A stretch of DNA of 64,000 bases from Ruditapes philippinarum (GCF_026571515.1 NW_026863536.1:62001-126000), one strand, 5' to 3'; shown: positions 37,622 to 50,863, numbered from the stretch's first letter. Numbers and translations: made by a program. Notes: generated by a model not told the origin, from the sequence alone.

Positions 37622-39109
37622 TTAGCGTTTCTCAACCTTCATTTTGAAACTACTCGGATTTAGAGTTGTCGCCAGTTTTCCTTTTTGGTCCGGGACAACG
37701 CCTTCCTTTTCCGGTAAAAATCTCAACTTTTGAACAAGTCCTGTCAAAAACAGAAATATTTCAATTGTTGCTAACGTCTCCCCTAAACATGACCTCGGTC
37801 CTAATGAAAATGGGATGAACTCTTTTGGAACTATGACGTCATTTCCTTCCGCGTTCAGAAATCTTTCCGGTATAAATTCTTCAGGGTCCTTCCAAACATC
37901 CGGATCCTTTAAAGCGGTGCTGAGAACTGGCAAAACTGTGCAATTCTCTGGAATAAGGTATCCCCGGAATAAGGTATCTTGTTCAACAGTGTGCGGCATT
38001 GATAGCGGTACCACGTGAGAAATTCGGAGTCCTTCCAACATTACCGCTTGCATGTACGGCATTCGTTTCCTATCTTCAATTGACGGAGGCTCCTTTCCAA
38101 GCACAGCTTCTACCTCCGCGTTCAATTTATCCTGTATGTGAGGATTCCTTATTAGGTGTAGGAGTATCCATCTAATTGTGACAGCGGTGGTTTCAAACCC
38201 TGCCACACCGAGATGATATGCCGCTATCTTTAAATCTTCTTCATCGAAAGTACTTTCTATTCCTCTACTTTCGTTAGCAGCAATTCTATCTAAGTAGCAT
38301 TCAACATAAGTTGTTCTTTGCGTGTTTCTACTCTGTTTCTTCAAATCTTCGATAAACTTTGTCAAAAATTCCTTAGCTGTTGCGAATGAATCCCTAGTTT
38401 TTTGAATTCTTAAAAGATCTCCCGGTAGATTTTGTAAGAATGGGAGACAATTTAGAATTACCTCCCTTTTCAAAAATTCTTCTGAACTGGTGCGGACAAA
38501 TTTCTGAAACCAATGCAGGCCTTCATCATTTAGATCAAAACGATGTCCGTACACGACTTGAAATATCACATTTTGAACGCTTGAGTTCAAGTAGCGTTCT
38601 ATATCAAATGGCTCATCAAATTTAAGAATTGTTTCTGTCAAGTCATTCACCTCGTAATCTACTAAATGTTCTACAAAACCTTTATCATTATAACAGATTT
38701 CTTGTAATACTGCTAATGTAAAACTTCTACCTTCCTTCCATTTTGTCCCTTTCGTAAATATTAACCCTTTTGTATGTATATCTTCTTCTTGGTCGAAACT
38801 TGGCAGAGCTCTGAACATAAATTTGGATCCTTTCTTTATCAGCGCGTCATGAATTACATCATAACCATTTAGAAACACGAGAAGTTTACTTCCGGTGTAT
38901 AGTCCAAAAACGTCACCATACTTTTTTCGTAGTTCATTTAATCTGCCCAACGTATCTTCCGTAGCCAACGATGGGAGATTTCCGATAATAGGAAACAAGG
39001 CAGGTCCAGGCGGCACCCTTTTTTGTCGTCTTGTGTTAGAATAAGCTAACAAAAATGTTATTAAGAAAATCAGTATTGTTGTAATGGTGCTGTAATCCGT
39101 TTCATCCAT
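37622..39109 (-). CDS. Cytochrome P450, CYP2 clan, intronless (495 aa from ATG)
   Basis: N-terminal TM anchor, PPGP hinge, WxxxR, I-helix AGFETT, ExxR (EGLR), PERF and heme FSLGPRSCLGE. First ATG is at 39109 (the track starts at a TTG). Confidence 0.97.
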   Translation of the reverse strand: MDETDYSTITTILIFLITFLLAYSNTRRQKRVPPGPALFPIIGNLPSLATEDTLGRLNELRKKYGDVFGLYTGSKLLVFLNGYDVIHDALIKKGSKFMFRALPSFDQEEDIHTKGLIFTKGTKWKEGRSFTLAVLQEICYNDKGFVEHLVDYEVNDLTETILKFDEPFDIERYLNSSVQNVIFQVVYGHRFDLNDEGLHWFQKFVRTSSEEFLKREVILNCLPFLQNLPGDLLRIQKTRDSFATAKEFLTKFIEDLKKQSRNTQRTTYVECYLDRIAANESRGIESTFDEEDLKIAAYHLGVAGFETTAVTIRWILLHLIRNPHIQDKLNAEVEAVLGKEPPSIEDRKRMPYMQAVMLEGLRISHVVPLSMPHTVEQDTLFRGYLIPENCTVLPVLSTALKDPDVWKDPEEFIPERFLNAEGNDVIVPKEFIPFSLGPRSCLGETLATIEIFLFLTGLVQKLRFLPEKEGVVPDQKGKLATTLNPSSFKMKVEKR

Positions 39110-39735
39110 TTTTGTCAAATTTCAATTTTTTCACCCCTATTTCTCTATCTCACTAACTTCAAGAATAACTTAAATAATTTTTATAAAGCACATGTGTACA
39201 GTTCTTGAATAGAAACTGCAATGCCTTCAATTATTCACAAGTCTTGAAAAATCCGCTTTAACTGATGTAAAAATCACAAGGTGTTTTCAATACACAAACA
39301 TTTCACGCTCTATATATCATAAATATCAACTACGGAATTCCGTTAGGGTCATTATTTTTTATCGTATGTAGAATAGCGTGTAGTCGCGGGTCAGCTCTAC
39401 AAGAAATTTGGATCGTAATGAAAACTAACGCTACAAAATATACTATGATAATCCTGTTATTATATACATACAAAATTATGATGCATGTATAGAAATCACT
39501 GTTTGATTAAAGTACACAATATTGTACACAACTGACTAACATGATTCATTTGAATTAAAATATATATAAATAAATAAATACAAAAAATACATTCAGATCT
39601 GTAATTATGTAAAAGATTAATACAGAAAATGGAATTATATTTTATAATGTGTATATATTATGAATAATGGCGGTAAAGGCGGAAAGAGTTAAGATTTTTT
39701 TTACCCGTGCAAAAGTAAATTAAGTTCAGATAAAA

Positions 39736-42700
39736 CAATGGTAGGATACTACGTCATCGCGCACCTGCTGAATGCTCCCACTTGGACCATTTTTTCGCCG
39801 ACTCAAAGGTAAAATACAATTTTATTATCAGAAAACGTAAGAGTATTAAAAAATCATGTAGCGCACCAAAGAATGGCTATAGTACTTGAGATAATTGTAA
39901 AAAAAGTTTATAGATTTATTGCCTGGTTTAGGCCTGAAAACGGGATAAGTGTTTTTCTCTGAATGCTCCCACTCGGACTTCTCCGAAACATATATGAAAT
40001 AAGGTTGAAAACCTTCTTTAAAATTATTTTTAACGTACCGGAACATAAACCGAGTCATGTATACCCATTATTCTATATTAGTTTCAAATGATTTTATTCA
40101 AAAGTCAGTTTTTCTTAATTCTTTTTATAAAAATGGAAAATGCTCCCACTCGGACTCAACTTCAGAGATGCTCCCACTCGGACCTAAATATATACAAATT
40201 TTGAAAGCACAAAGCTGTCTTAAGATATTATTATTTTTTTCAAAATATCTTTATATTCACGTTCATATATTCATATAATCAGTAAGAATTCAATGAAACA
40301 GCATTTTTAAAATACGATACTAATATTTAAATTACTAAACAGTCTCGTAAATATGTCTTCTTAGAGGATTAGTATAAGGGAAAAAAGTTGTGTTGAAAAA
40401 ATTCCTCGTTTAAAAGAGTCGCTTAAATAAGAAACAAATTGTTTATACATTTTAAAAATATAATAACGTTTTGTTTTGCAGAAAGTATTTGTATTCGTGA
40501 CCAGTATGGGAAAAGGTATAAACCACATTGGGACGTAAGGAAGCACATGGCAGGACATCTTGGCACGGCAAAGCTGGAGCAAGTATTTTTGATATCAACT
40601 GTGGATATATCTCATTGAGGAGGAATGCTCTAGAAAACACAAGAATAATAGCTCTTTGAAGTAATTGTCTTTTGTTCAGTTTTTTTTGCGTTAATTTTTG
40701 GACAATGTGTCATAAAGGATCAATTCATCTGAAATTTCACTGGATGATAGATTTCAATAAAGTAAAATACCGCAAACAAGAATTACAACTCTCCAGTTTT
40801 GGAGTTATTGCTCTTTGTATTCACTATCATTAGTTTGCAAGGACCATACCTCTAAAGGTATTTGAGATATAAACTTAAAACTTTATATTGAACATGTTTA
40901 ATAGAAGTGAATAGCAGAGCATAAGGACCAGAAGGGTTCACTTAATGCTTCTTTGTTGTTTTTCTTTGTTTTTTTTTCATGGGAGTGTTATTTTTGTCAT
41001 GATTTATTATGTCTAGGCTATAACTTTTCATTAATTTTCACGAGTATCATTACTTGGAATTTCTACACGTATGTAAGGGTTACTTCCCCTTTGAAATGTA
41101 CTTCCTCCTTATGGCGGGGGATTTTGCTGTCTGTGATTCCTTCTTGTATTATTGTTATTATTTTAACGTTATTCATATATCCTGAACTCATTTTTCTATG
41201 ATTTTATTCATTAATATAATGCTCAAATGAAGATTTATCAATAAAGTATGTTCCGAAAAGCATTATTTGTAAAGATAATACCGAATTTACATTTCATAAA
41301 GGGAGGTAATTAGAAATATATTTTCTATTAAGTATAAGTTGAATTCTTCAAAAAGAAACGAATGCATTATGCATACATGTATATTTTAATGATTACATAT
41401 AATGTGGACAAGCATTTGCAGTACGTATTTTACATATTCCTTTATGTTTGAAAATTGTTTTAGTACCATAAATATTAATGCATTTAATTTATAGACAATT
41501 TCAATTGGTAACAGCCTGAAATATAACTTACATGATCTTTAATTACCAAAATATGGTAAAGACTGTGATAAAGAAATAACTATGATCTTTGTTTTCCTAT
41601 TTTTTTTTATTATTTAGGTAAAAATACGTACACGTGATAACTTTCATACTTAAAGTTGTCAAAGTTGTTAATAATTGTGACGCCGTAGTATGGCAGTACC
41701 TTGACTTTTTAACCAGTTCATGACAAAAATGATTTACATGTTGTTCTTTAATAAACTTTTCAAATCAACCGATAGATATTGACTTCTTTATGTTCATTTA
41801 CGTACAATTATGCTATTTTAAAACCTAAGTCACAAGTTTAACAAACACGCAAACCATTGGGTTTTAAATTATTAACAAGATATTAAAGTCAGCAATTATT
41901 GAATAAATGCTGGCCTCTAATATGTGCACGAGTCCAACAGAATCTTAATCCGGTATGGTACTCAACAATGTATAATGACTTCTTTGTAAAACACCACACT
42001 TTTTTAACATCTAAACAAAACTTTATTCTTGAGATCCAAACTGCCCATTTAAAGTCGTATAATCCTAGCTTGTTGTTGGCAATGATTTTGAATTATCCCT
42101 TCGGATGCAACACAAGCCAAGTGCACCTTTTTGTATAGTGATCCTGTCAGTTGAAACTTTGCCATGGCACCTTGTTCCTGTCCAACGACGTCATTCTACA
42201 GAATCAAAGAAGTGATCTCTGTAAAAAGAATGAAAAGTTAATGTTGCCAAACACAGTAGTTATTGACAAAATGGTGTTTAAATTGTGAGAATAATCCATA
42301 AAAGCTAACACAGCAATGTGCTTTCAAAATGTATATATTTGGGTCCGAGTGGGAGCATCTCTGAAATCGAGTCCGAGTGGGAGCATTTTCCATTTTCATA
42401 AAAAAAACTTCAAAAGACTGACTTTTGAATAGAAATATTGGAAACTAATATAGAATAATGGGTATACATGACTTGGTTTATGTTCCGATACGTTAAACAT
42501 AATTTTAAAGAAGGTTTTCAACCTTATTTCATATATGTTTCGGGAGAAATCCGAGTGGGAGCATTCAGAGAAAAACACTTATCCCGTTTTCAGGCCTAAA
42601 CCAGGCAATAAATCTATAAACTTTTTTTACAATTATCTCAAGTACTATAGCCATTCTTTGGTGCGCTACATGATTTTTTAATTCTCTTACGTTTTCTTAT

Positions 42701-42791
42701 AATAAAATTGTATTTTACCTTCGAGTCGACGAAAAAATGGTCCAAGTGGGAGCATTTAGCAGGTGCGCGATGACGTAGTATCCTACCATTG
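39736..42791. mobile_element. Non-autonomous DNA transposon with ~480-bp TIRs and apparent 5-bp TSD
   Basis: TAAAA|CAATGGTAGGATACTACGTCATCGCGCACCTGC ... GCAGGTGCGCGATGACGTAGTATCCTACCATTG|TAAAA. Each TIR has 4 copies of ATGCTCCCACTYGGAC. Confidence 0.92.
40640..41147 (+). mobile_element. Decayed Helentron-like element nested in the long-TIR element
   Basis: Recurring gagttattgctcttt-type units. 3' end ggcgggggatt..ttcttgt. Confidence 0.5.
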
Positions 42792-42919
42792 TAAAAGAAG
42801 TATTGAGAACAATAGCTGCATATGAGACCCTGTAAGTATTGTTATAAACTGATATAACTGTTTGTGTGTGTATTATAAATGATATGATCTCAGATAAGTT
42901 TATTTGAAGTGTACGATAA

Positions 42920-43075
42920 NNNNNNNNNNNNNNNNNNNNNNNNNNNNNNNNNNNNNNNNNNNNNNNNNNNNNNNNNNNNNNNNNNNNNNNNNNNNNNNNN
43001 NNNNNNNNNNNNNNNNNNNNNNNNNNNNNNNNNNNNNNNNNNNNNNNNNNNNNNNNNNNNNNNNNNNNNNNNNNN
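42920..43075. other. Assembly gap (156 N)
   Basis: Run of N. Confidence 1.
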
Positions 43076-43680
43076 AACAGTCTTCTGATGTCACTTAAAA
43101 CGTATGTTTATGTCGGAAAACGAATCTCACCCTTCCTCATTTCGTCTTACCGCACTTGTGAGTATCCGTCGAAATATTGATGGACCTGATGGAACACCGT
43201 AATTACAAGTTTAAAGATAGTATAGCCTCTCTACTTGGTTGTATTATACTTGTTCAACCGAGCGTAACTTTTCTTTATCATAATACTATGGCAGACCATT
43301 ATCGTCAAAGCTACGCTTTTAAAACCGAACAAACAGGACTTAGCTTTTCTACGATTTTAAGCATTCTTGTCTTGTAAAATGTTACTATCCTGAAAAAAAA
43401 TGTTTTGCTTGCGTAGCAGATTATAATTCTAACTAGCGCTCCAAAGCAAACTACGAACAATAAAACAATAAAGTTTTAAATAACATATATATAACAAGTA
43501 TCCATGGCTTGACAAGTATATTCCACAACATCACGAAATTTCTCATGTTTCTTATCTGTTTGTGTATTAATTACATTCTAGGAATTGAAAGAAATAAACA
43601 CTTGAAACTATATAGATGTATTATCAATAAGATAAAAGTACATGTACAAGAAACATTATACTATTTACATAACAAATACA

Positions 43681-44602
43681 TACGGAAGCATGGAGAGGAC
43701 ATAGTCGATTTATTTTAATAATCTGTGGGAACAACTTATTTGTCGAAGTATTTTTTATTAATCTGTGGGAACAACATGTTTTGTGAGAAAAATCTTTTTT
43801 TATTCTGTGGGAACAACATATTTTGTGAGAAAAATCTTTTTTTATTCTGTGGGAACAACTTAATTTGAGAAAAAAAAAAAATTATTCTGTGGGAACAACA
43901 TATTTTGTGAGAAAAATCTTTTTTTATTCTGTAGGAACAACATATTTTGTGAGAAAAATCTTTTTTTATTCTGTGGGAACAACATATTTTGTGAGAAAAA
44001 TCTTTTTTTATTCTGTGGGAACAACTTATTTTGTGAGAAAAATCTTTTTTTTACTCTGTGGGAACAAACTATTTTCTGCGATATTTTTTCAATATCTTGT
44101 TCCCTCAAGATAATAAGTTGTGCGAACAAATTAATTATGTTGTTCCCACAACATAATTCAACCAATCAAAATAGCGATTGCCACAAAGAGTGACTGCAAA
44201 GTTAAGTCCCTTTTTAAAAAGTCGCCATTTGCACACAATTGCAATAATGGCAGAAGAAATGTTTAGAAAATTATTAGAATTCCTACGTTCTAGAGGATTA
44301 AACAACTCACAGCTTTAGAGCTTAATTCTCACAAAATAAGTTGTTCCCACAGATTAAAAAAAGATTTTTCTCACAAAATATGTTGTTCCCACAGAATAAA
44401 AAAAGATTTTTCTCACAAAATATGTTGCTCCCACAGAATAAAAAAAGATTTTTCTCACAAAATATGTTGTTCCCACAGAATAAAAAAAGATTTTTCTCAC
44501 AAAACATGTTGTTCCCACAGATTAATAAAAAATACTTCGACAAATAAGTTGTTCCCACAGATTTTTAAAATAAATCGACTATGTCCTCTCCATGCTTCCG
44601 TA
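43681..44602. mobile_element. IS3EU-type non-autonomous foldback element with 6-bp TSD
   Basis: AATACA|TACGGAAGCATGGAGAGGACATAGTCG ... CGACTATGTCCTCTCCATGCTTCCGTA|AATACA. Arms are built of 42-bp tandem units. Confidence 0.88.
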
Positions 44603-45663
44603 AATACAGGTTACTATAGAAAAAAATAAAACTTGACACAGTTTCTTAACCTTTGTAAATATATATGACTTAATATCTATGAAGTGTATGTAGGTAGGTG
44701 CGTGTTTTGCGAGCGTGCGTGCGTTTACGAGCAAGCAAGCGAATGAGTTACCTGTGTTGACGAAAATAAAATATATACATTTTGTAACAACACATAATTA
44801 CATAAATTTATTTTCTCGAGAATTTGTAATTTCACAAACTGAGAAGCGTAACTTGAAACAAGTTTTGGGACTTATTCAAAAATAACGAAAACTTTTCACA
44901 ACAATAAGAATTATAACGTCTTGTCAATGAATAAAAAAAATCCAGTATAAGTTCTGATTGTTTAAAAACTTTTTACTGGGGTTGCCTGACATTACGGGAC
45001 AAAAAAAATGTTGTTTTTTTTTGTGTGTGTGGTTTTTTTTCTCGAGATTTGTAAGCCATACTATGTAGTCTAGACCAATAACTTGTGTGCATATTTTTAG
45101 ATCATTCCCTTGTCCACTTTTTCGAGAAATAATCATTTTAATTGAACAAACCCAAAAATGAAAAACGTTGAAACGCCTTTTACTGAGATAGGGCTAAAAT
45201 CGCACAAAACTCGGACAATCTATTTTATTCTGAGTATATTTCTTCATTTTTCCTTTGCAGATTATTCAATTTGAAGTACTTTACTTAAACTATGAAAATA
45301 TTTCATTGTTTAAAGGCTTTTTGACTTTTGTTTAAAAATGAATATTTGAAAACTAAATTGTTGACAATCATGATCGCAAGCAATTTGAAAATAAAATGTT
45401 ATATAAAATAATATAAATTCAGGTCTGAAATACGTTATAGTTAGAACTTGCTTAGTAAAATCTAATTGATTACTGGCTTGGCTTATTGATTAAATTGAAG
45501 GGGAGGCGGAGCAAGTGCATCAATACAGATATTTAACCGTTTGTGAATTAGTCAAACATTTGCACCAAAATCTAAAATTTTTACCTCACACACGGTGAAT
45601 TGGTGAAATTAAGAGAATGTTCATCTGTCCCTGCACAGCTGTGGGCGAGGTTACATATTATTA

Positions 45664-45970
45664 ACCGGTACCGTTGGCCTAGTGGTTAAGACGTCCGCCT
45701 TCGGATCGGGAGGTCGAAGGTTCGAGCCCCACGGGGAGCGTTAATTGAAGGATGAATGTTTCTCGTGGGACTTTCTCCGAAATGGCCGCTTCGTGAGCCG
45801 CGAGGTAGTTAAAATGAATGGTTACCGATTTCTATCCGCCTGGCGCCTGGTATAGTGGTAGGAGTTGGGAGGTACATGGTATGCAACCAAAAGGTGTCTC
45901 ATAAGTCAGAAATGGCTGGCCCTTTCAGTAGGGGTGACACTATAATAAGCAAGACCTTTACCTTTTTTTT
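45664..45970 (+). mobile_element. tRNA-derived SINE
   Basis: A box TGGCCTAGTGG, B box GGTTCGAGCCCC, non-tRNA body, tail acctttacctttttttt. The acceptor stem does not close. Confidence 0.85.
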
Positions 45971-46133
45971 ATTATTAGAGTATTTATTACTCAACCGAAC
46001 ATTACTCAACTATCTTATAAGACTATATTGGACTTTGCAGCGTCCAATACTGGAATTCATTATGTTGGCTGGTCATATTGGAAGATGTTTACCTTCATTT
46101 GGCAGTTCGTACAAAGACTGTCCGTGTAAAAGC

Positions 46134-47636
46134 TTAACGTTTTTCAACTCTCATTTTAAAATTTAAAGGAGTAAATGTAAGTCCAAGTTCTCCTTTCTGG
46201 TCTGGATATTCATTATCATGTTCAGGTAAAAATTTCAACTTTTGAACAAGTCCTGCCAAAAATAGAAATATTTCGATAGTTGCCAAAGTTTCTCCCAAAC
46301 ATGACCTTGGGCCGAGTGAAAATGGCACGAATTGTTTTGGAATTATGACGTCATTTCCTGTCGCGTTCAAAAATCGTTCAGGTTTGAATTCTTCGGGATC
46401 TTCCCAGACGTCAGGGTCTTTGAGAGCGGTACTGAGGACAGGAATTATTGTACAATTTTCTGGTATAACATATCCCCGGAATAAGGTGTCTTGTTCAACA
46501 GTATGAGGTAATGATAGTGGCACCACGTGAGAAATTCGGAGTCCTTCCAATATCACTGCCTGCATGTACGGCATTCGTTTTCTATCTCCAATTGATAGTG
46601 CCTCGTTTCCAAGTACATTTGTCATTTCAGCACACAGCTTGTCCTGTATATGCGGATTTCTTATTAGGTACAATAGTATCCATCTAATGACAGATGCACT
46701 GGTTTCGCTTCCTGCTGTAATTAAGTGGTGCGCTGCTATTTTCATATCTTTCTCATCGAAAGTACTGTCGGTTTCGTTACTTTTGTTTGCAGCCATTTTT
46801 TCCAAGTAACATTCTACAAACGTCTTTCTTTGTGTGCCTTTCTTTTGATTTTCAAACTTTTCAATCCGTTTTGATAAAAAGTGCATTTCTGCTGCATAGT
46901 CAACCCTACTTCTTTCGATACCTAAAATGTCTCCAGGAACATGTTCTAAAAACGGAAGGCAATTTAGAATAACTTCTCTTGCAAGGAATCTTTTCGACTG
47001 GGCTCGTACTGTCTTTTGAAACCAATGCAAGCCATCATCATTTAGATCGAATCTATATCCGTACACGACTTGAAATATCACATTCTGAAGGCTTGAGTTC
47101 AAGACGCGCTCTATATCAAATGGATGATCAGACTTAAGTATTGTTTCTGTTAAGTCATTTACCTCGAACTCTACTAAATGTTCGAGAAAACCTTTATCTT
47201 TAAAACAAATCTCTTGTAAAGTAGATATTGCAAACATTCTACCTTCCTTCCATATTCTTCCTTTCGAAAAGATTAGTCCTTTTGTGTGTTGATCTTCTTC
47301 TTGATCGAAACTTGGCAGAGCTCTGAACATAAATTTGGACCCTTTCTTTATCAACGCGTCATGAATTACATCATAACCATTTAGAAACACGAAAAGTTTA
47401 CTTCCGGTATATAGTCCAAAAACGTCACCATACTGTTTCCGAAGTTCATTTAATCTGCCCAATATATCTCTCGTAGCCAACGACGGGAGATTTCCGACAA
47501 TGGGGAACAAAGCTGGTCCAGGCGGCACTCCTTTTTGACGTCTTGTGTTAATATAAACTAGGAAAAATGTCACTAAGAACACTGAAGCTGTCGTTAAAAT
47601 GCTGTAATCCGTTTCTTTGAAAAGTGCTGAATCCAT
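46134..47636 (-). CDS. Cytochrome P450, CYP2 clan, intronless (500 aa)
   Basis: PPGP, WKEGR, AGSETS, EGLR, PERF and FSLGPRSCLGE. Confidence 0.97.
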   Translation of the reverse strand: MDSALFKETDYSILTTASVFLVTFFLVYINTRRQKGVPPGPALFPIVGNLPSLATRDILGRLNELRKQYGDVFGLYTGSKLFVFLNGYDVIHDALIKKGSKFMFRALPSFDQEEDQHTKGLIFSKGRIWKEGRMFAISTLQEICFKDKGFLEHLVEFEVNDLTETILKSDHPFDIERVLNSSLQNVIFQVVYGYRFDLNDDGLHWFQKTVRAQSKRFLAREVILNCLPFLEHVPGDILGIERSRVDYAAEMHFLSKRIEKFENQKKGTQRKTFVECYLEKMAANKSNETDSTFDEKDMKIAAHHLITAGSETSASVIRWILLYLIRNPHIQDKLCAEMTNVLGNEALSIGDRKRMPYMQAVILEGLRISHVVPLSLPHTVEQDTLFRGYVIPENCTIIPVLSTALKDPDVWEDPEEFKPERFLNATGNDVIIPKQFVPFSLGPRSCLGETLATIEIFLFLAGLVQKLKFLPEHDNEYPDQKGELGLTFTPLNFKMRVEKR

Positions 47637-50600
47637 TTTTTTAGCTCTCTTTATACGTCTATTTCCAATTTACTACAAGGTTAACATTATAATACATACG
47701 CCTATGTACTTTACGAACTATTGTAAATACATACTCTGTATAGCAAACAGTTAATTCGCTTGAGTTAACACGCTATACCGAGTGCTCTTTCTCATAGTAC
47801 AAATACAGTTAGCTTGTTGTAGTTGTTGTGTTTAGTTTCTATTCTTTATTTTTCTTTTTTCTTTTTTTATGGAGGTGACTGAGAAAGCCTCACATGCCTC
47901 TCCGTGCATTATAAAATAAACAGAACCAACGACGTTCCATAAGCTAGCTTGTAAGCTTCGTTCCCCACATGAAAAATATCCAAAACAATGGACAGGGCGT
48001 GAAGTGGTTGCACACATGCTTTGCGACGCGAGGAAAATGGTTGCAAATTTGAGAAAATGGCGACCTAGTCATAAAAAATTGTGACATCCGCTCGAATTTT
48101 TTTTTCTTTTTCTTTTTTTTTTAAATTTTTTAATATGTCTATTTATTAAAGCAATGTTTATGACATTCTCAATTTTTGAGAAACGTATCAGTTGCCTATA
48201 CTTTCCTAGTTTCTCATTTAACGAAATTATTGAAGATACAAACTTGTGATGTATATATTTTAAGATTTAATGGCTTTTCTTGTCGTTTCCCCCACTCATT
48301 TATTCATATTTGTAAGTTTTAAAGTTCATCAAACAAGACAAAATGTGTTTCTGTCAATACTGTCAATACTGTATCAATGTTTAATTTGCATGTTCCAAAT
48401 AAATTTTCAATAGTTATACGCAAAAAGTTCTTGGCCAAGGCATAACATCAAATGGTACACAAATCTTGGAAAATTATTTCAAGTCCCGCCAATTAAAAAA
48501 AACCTCATTGAAGTCCCATTAAAATCAAACTAATTAGTACATCAACAAAACCAACACTTGCAGATGGTTTAACAATAGTGGAATCTAAGAAAGTAAAAGC
48601 TAAAGTTCAAAACACTCATTTCAGCAACAATGTCAACCTAGCGAGTGAAAGCTGTAGCCACTGTCATCATAAATACTTTTGTGTGTGTTTTTTATTACAT
48701 GTATTTATTTATCTTATTATTTCGACACATGCCTTCATGTTTGATTTTTGAAAAAGGTTTTTGCCGCAGTTCTATCTCTATATCGGCAGATGTGCAGATT
48801 TGACAGTTTGAACATTTGAATCAATAAACTAATACATGATTTTTTTAATCAATGTTGAAATATACAACATACACTGACTACATAATTTTAATGAAATACT
48901 TTGTCATGTTGACAAAACATCAACATGAGAAGAAATTTACAAACTCAGTATGCTTGTTTTTTTTATGTATTTTTAATCCATTTATATACTGTGAATGTAA
49001 AATGATACATGTTTGTAATTTGCTGAGTGAAATATATGTTTAAACTGAATTCATCCAGTGTGTCTAAATTGCCGTTTAGTAAGTTAAAAACAAGTTAAAT
49101 GTTGATGCTGCATATCAAAGACACCGCCAAATGATGTGAACAGTCATAGGTAATGTACAAAATCAGAATTGAAAATCGTTTTCTATTACAGTTGAATATC
49201 CGAAGCACTAATTAATTTTTTTCCCATGTTCTTGGTATGTGTCTGAAAAATCAAATGCCTAGTTGTAGCGACAAAGATTGAAACGTCTGGTCGAAGCAAA
49301 ATAAATTGGATAACAAGTGAAATTGAAATTATTGGTTAACTTAAAATAAATTCAAGACAATATGTGCCAAGAATATGTCCATTTAAATATTGGTGCGAAT
49401 TGCATAATGTTCAAATTATTTTGATGACGAACTGTCTGTTATTTTATAAATAGCGAAAATATGTTTGTAATATCAAATAAGAGTTATGTATAAATTGATA
49501 CATATAATCAATTCTTTGTTTACTTATTTATAAAAGATTAAACTACTTGAGTAAACAAAGAATCTAGGTATGGGACCACAAAATGTAATTAAAAATCTAG
49601 GCAAAGAGAACAATGGGTCACAGAATCCTTCAAAATAACCTATTGCAAATATTTGTGATACATTTTAAAATAAACGTTCTTTTTTCACAGTTACTCTGTT
49701 TTATAACTTAAATGCTAATTATTTTAATGAATTACATGTCGCACACGTTTTGCCTGTTTTGCAAAAAATATTCCCGCTGCGTCCGTAGCGCCAATATAAT
49801 ATCCGTTGCGTATTTTAGTGATACCTCTTGTTCGGTTCCCGTCATTAGACTATAGACGGGTCTGTGTTGAGCTAAGGGTTTATGGAGAACCGCCTCTCTG
49901 ATAGTGGGCGTGGTTTAGGCTTCGTAACTTGTAATTAGTCAAGTTATATTGATCATAATTGTCCTGGATCCCTCCCCCAACCCCCGTCAACGAAGATTAA
50001 ATGCCAACATTTTGAATATGGCGACAATTTAAGGTGGAGACGAACTTCAACAGAGGCGGAGCAAATGAAGTGAGTGACACTGCTTCAGTCGTTACCTCTC
50101 TCAACGGTTAAGTTTTAGAACGGTCGACTATAGACTGGCTCATTGGCTGCAAGCCAAAAAGAATATGATATTCAAACATGACACTATAACTTCAGTTAAA
50201 CGTTTATTGTAATACCTGAAAGCTCTGTGACATGTTGTGCATCAGAAAAGCTATTTTTATTAGAAACTTTAAAAACAGTGTGATTTTGTTAAAACAAAAA
50301 AAAATGCACAAAATCAAATCTAAAATTTTCCCTATTGCTATACGGACAAATGCATATCTACTAGACGGTAGTGCACGCGCCATGATTCAATGCTGATAGG
50401 CAGTCAACTTAACCATTACACTAACATTTTCTACTTAATGACCATCGATATCTCTTACAAGTATTATCTTTAGAATCGCAAACATGGTCAACCAAAATGC
50501 GCCCGATAAAAATCAAATTTTGTGATAATTAATGGTTTTGGAATTAATAATTTAAATCAAACTCTTGTTTAATTTTGCTCATATGCATCAATCACTGTGA

Positions 50601-50863
50601 ACATTTCCTTTGTGACCATCTACATACAGCGTCTTCACTTATGACAAACTCGGATATGACGAAAACTCTGATATAAGGTACAATCTCGCTAGGTTCGAAT
50701 TATCATATTTTTTCCTTTATCGTATATTGAAACTTTGCGACTTTCTTGACAAATACATTTGACTGGAGGAACACTAAAACATCTGAATACCAATTATCGT
50801 TATACAAAACACATTACATAGATATATTTTATGTACATTTACGGAAAGATTTCTATTGAAAAC

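Noticed and set aside
40361-42220. Transposase remnants inside the long-TIR element
   Set aside because: Short GC-richer patches give no recognisable motif in the frames I translated.
42900-43098. Poly-X ORFs
   Set aside because: Artefacts of the N gap.
45664-45745. tRNA gene
   Set aside because: A/B boxes are present but there is no closing acceptor stem, and it continues into a SINE body and tail.
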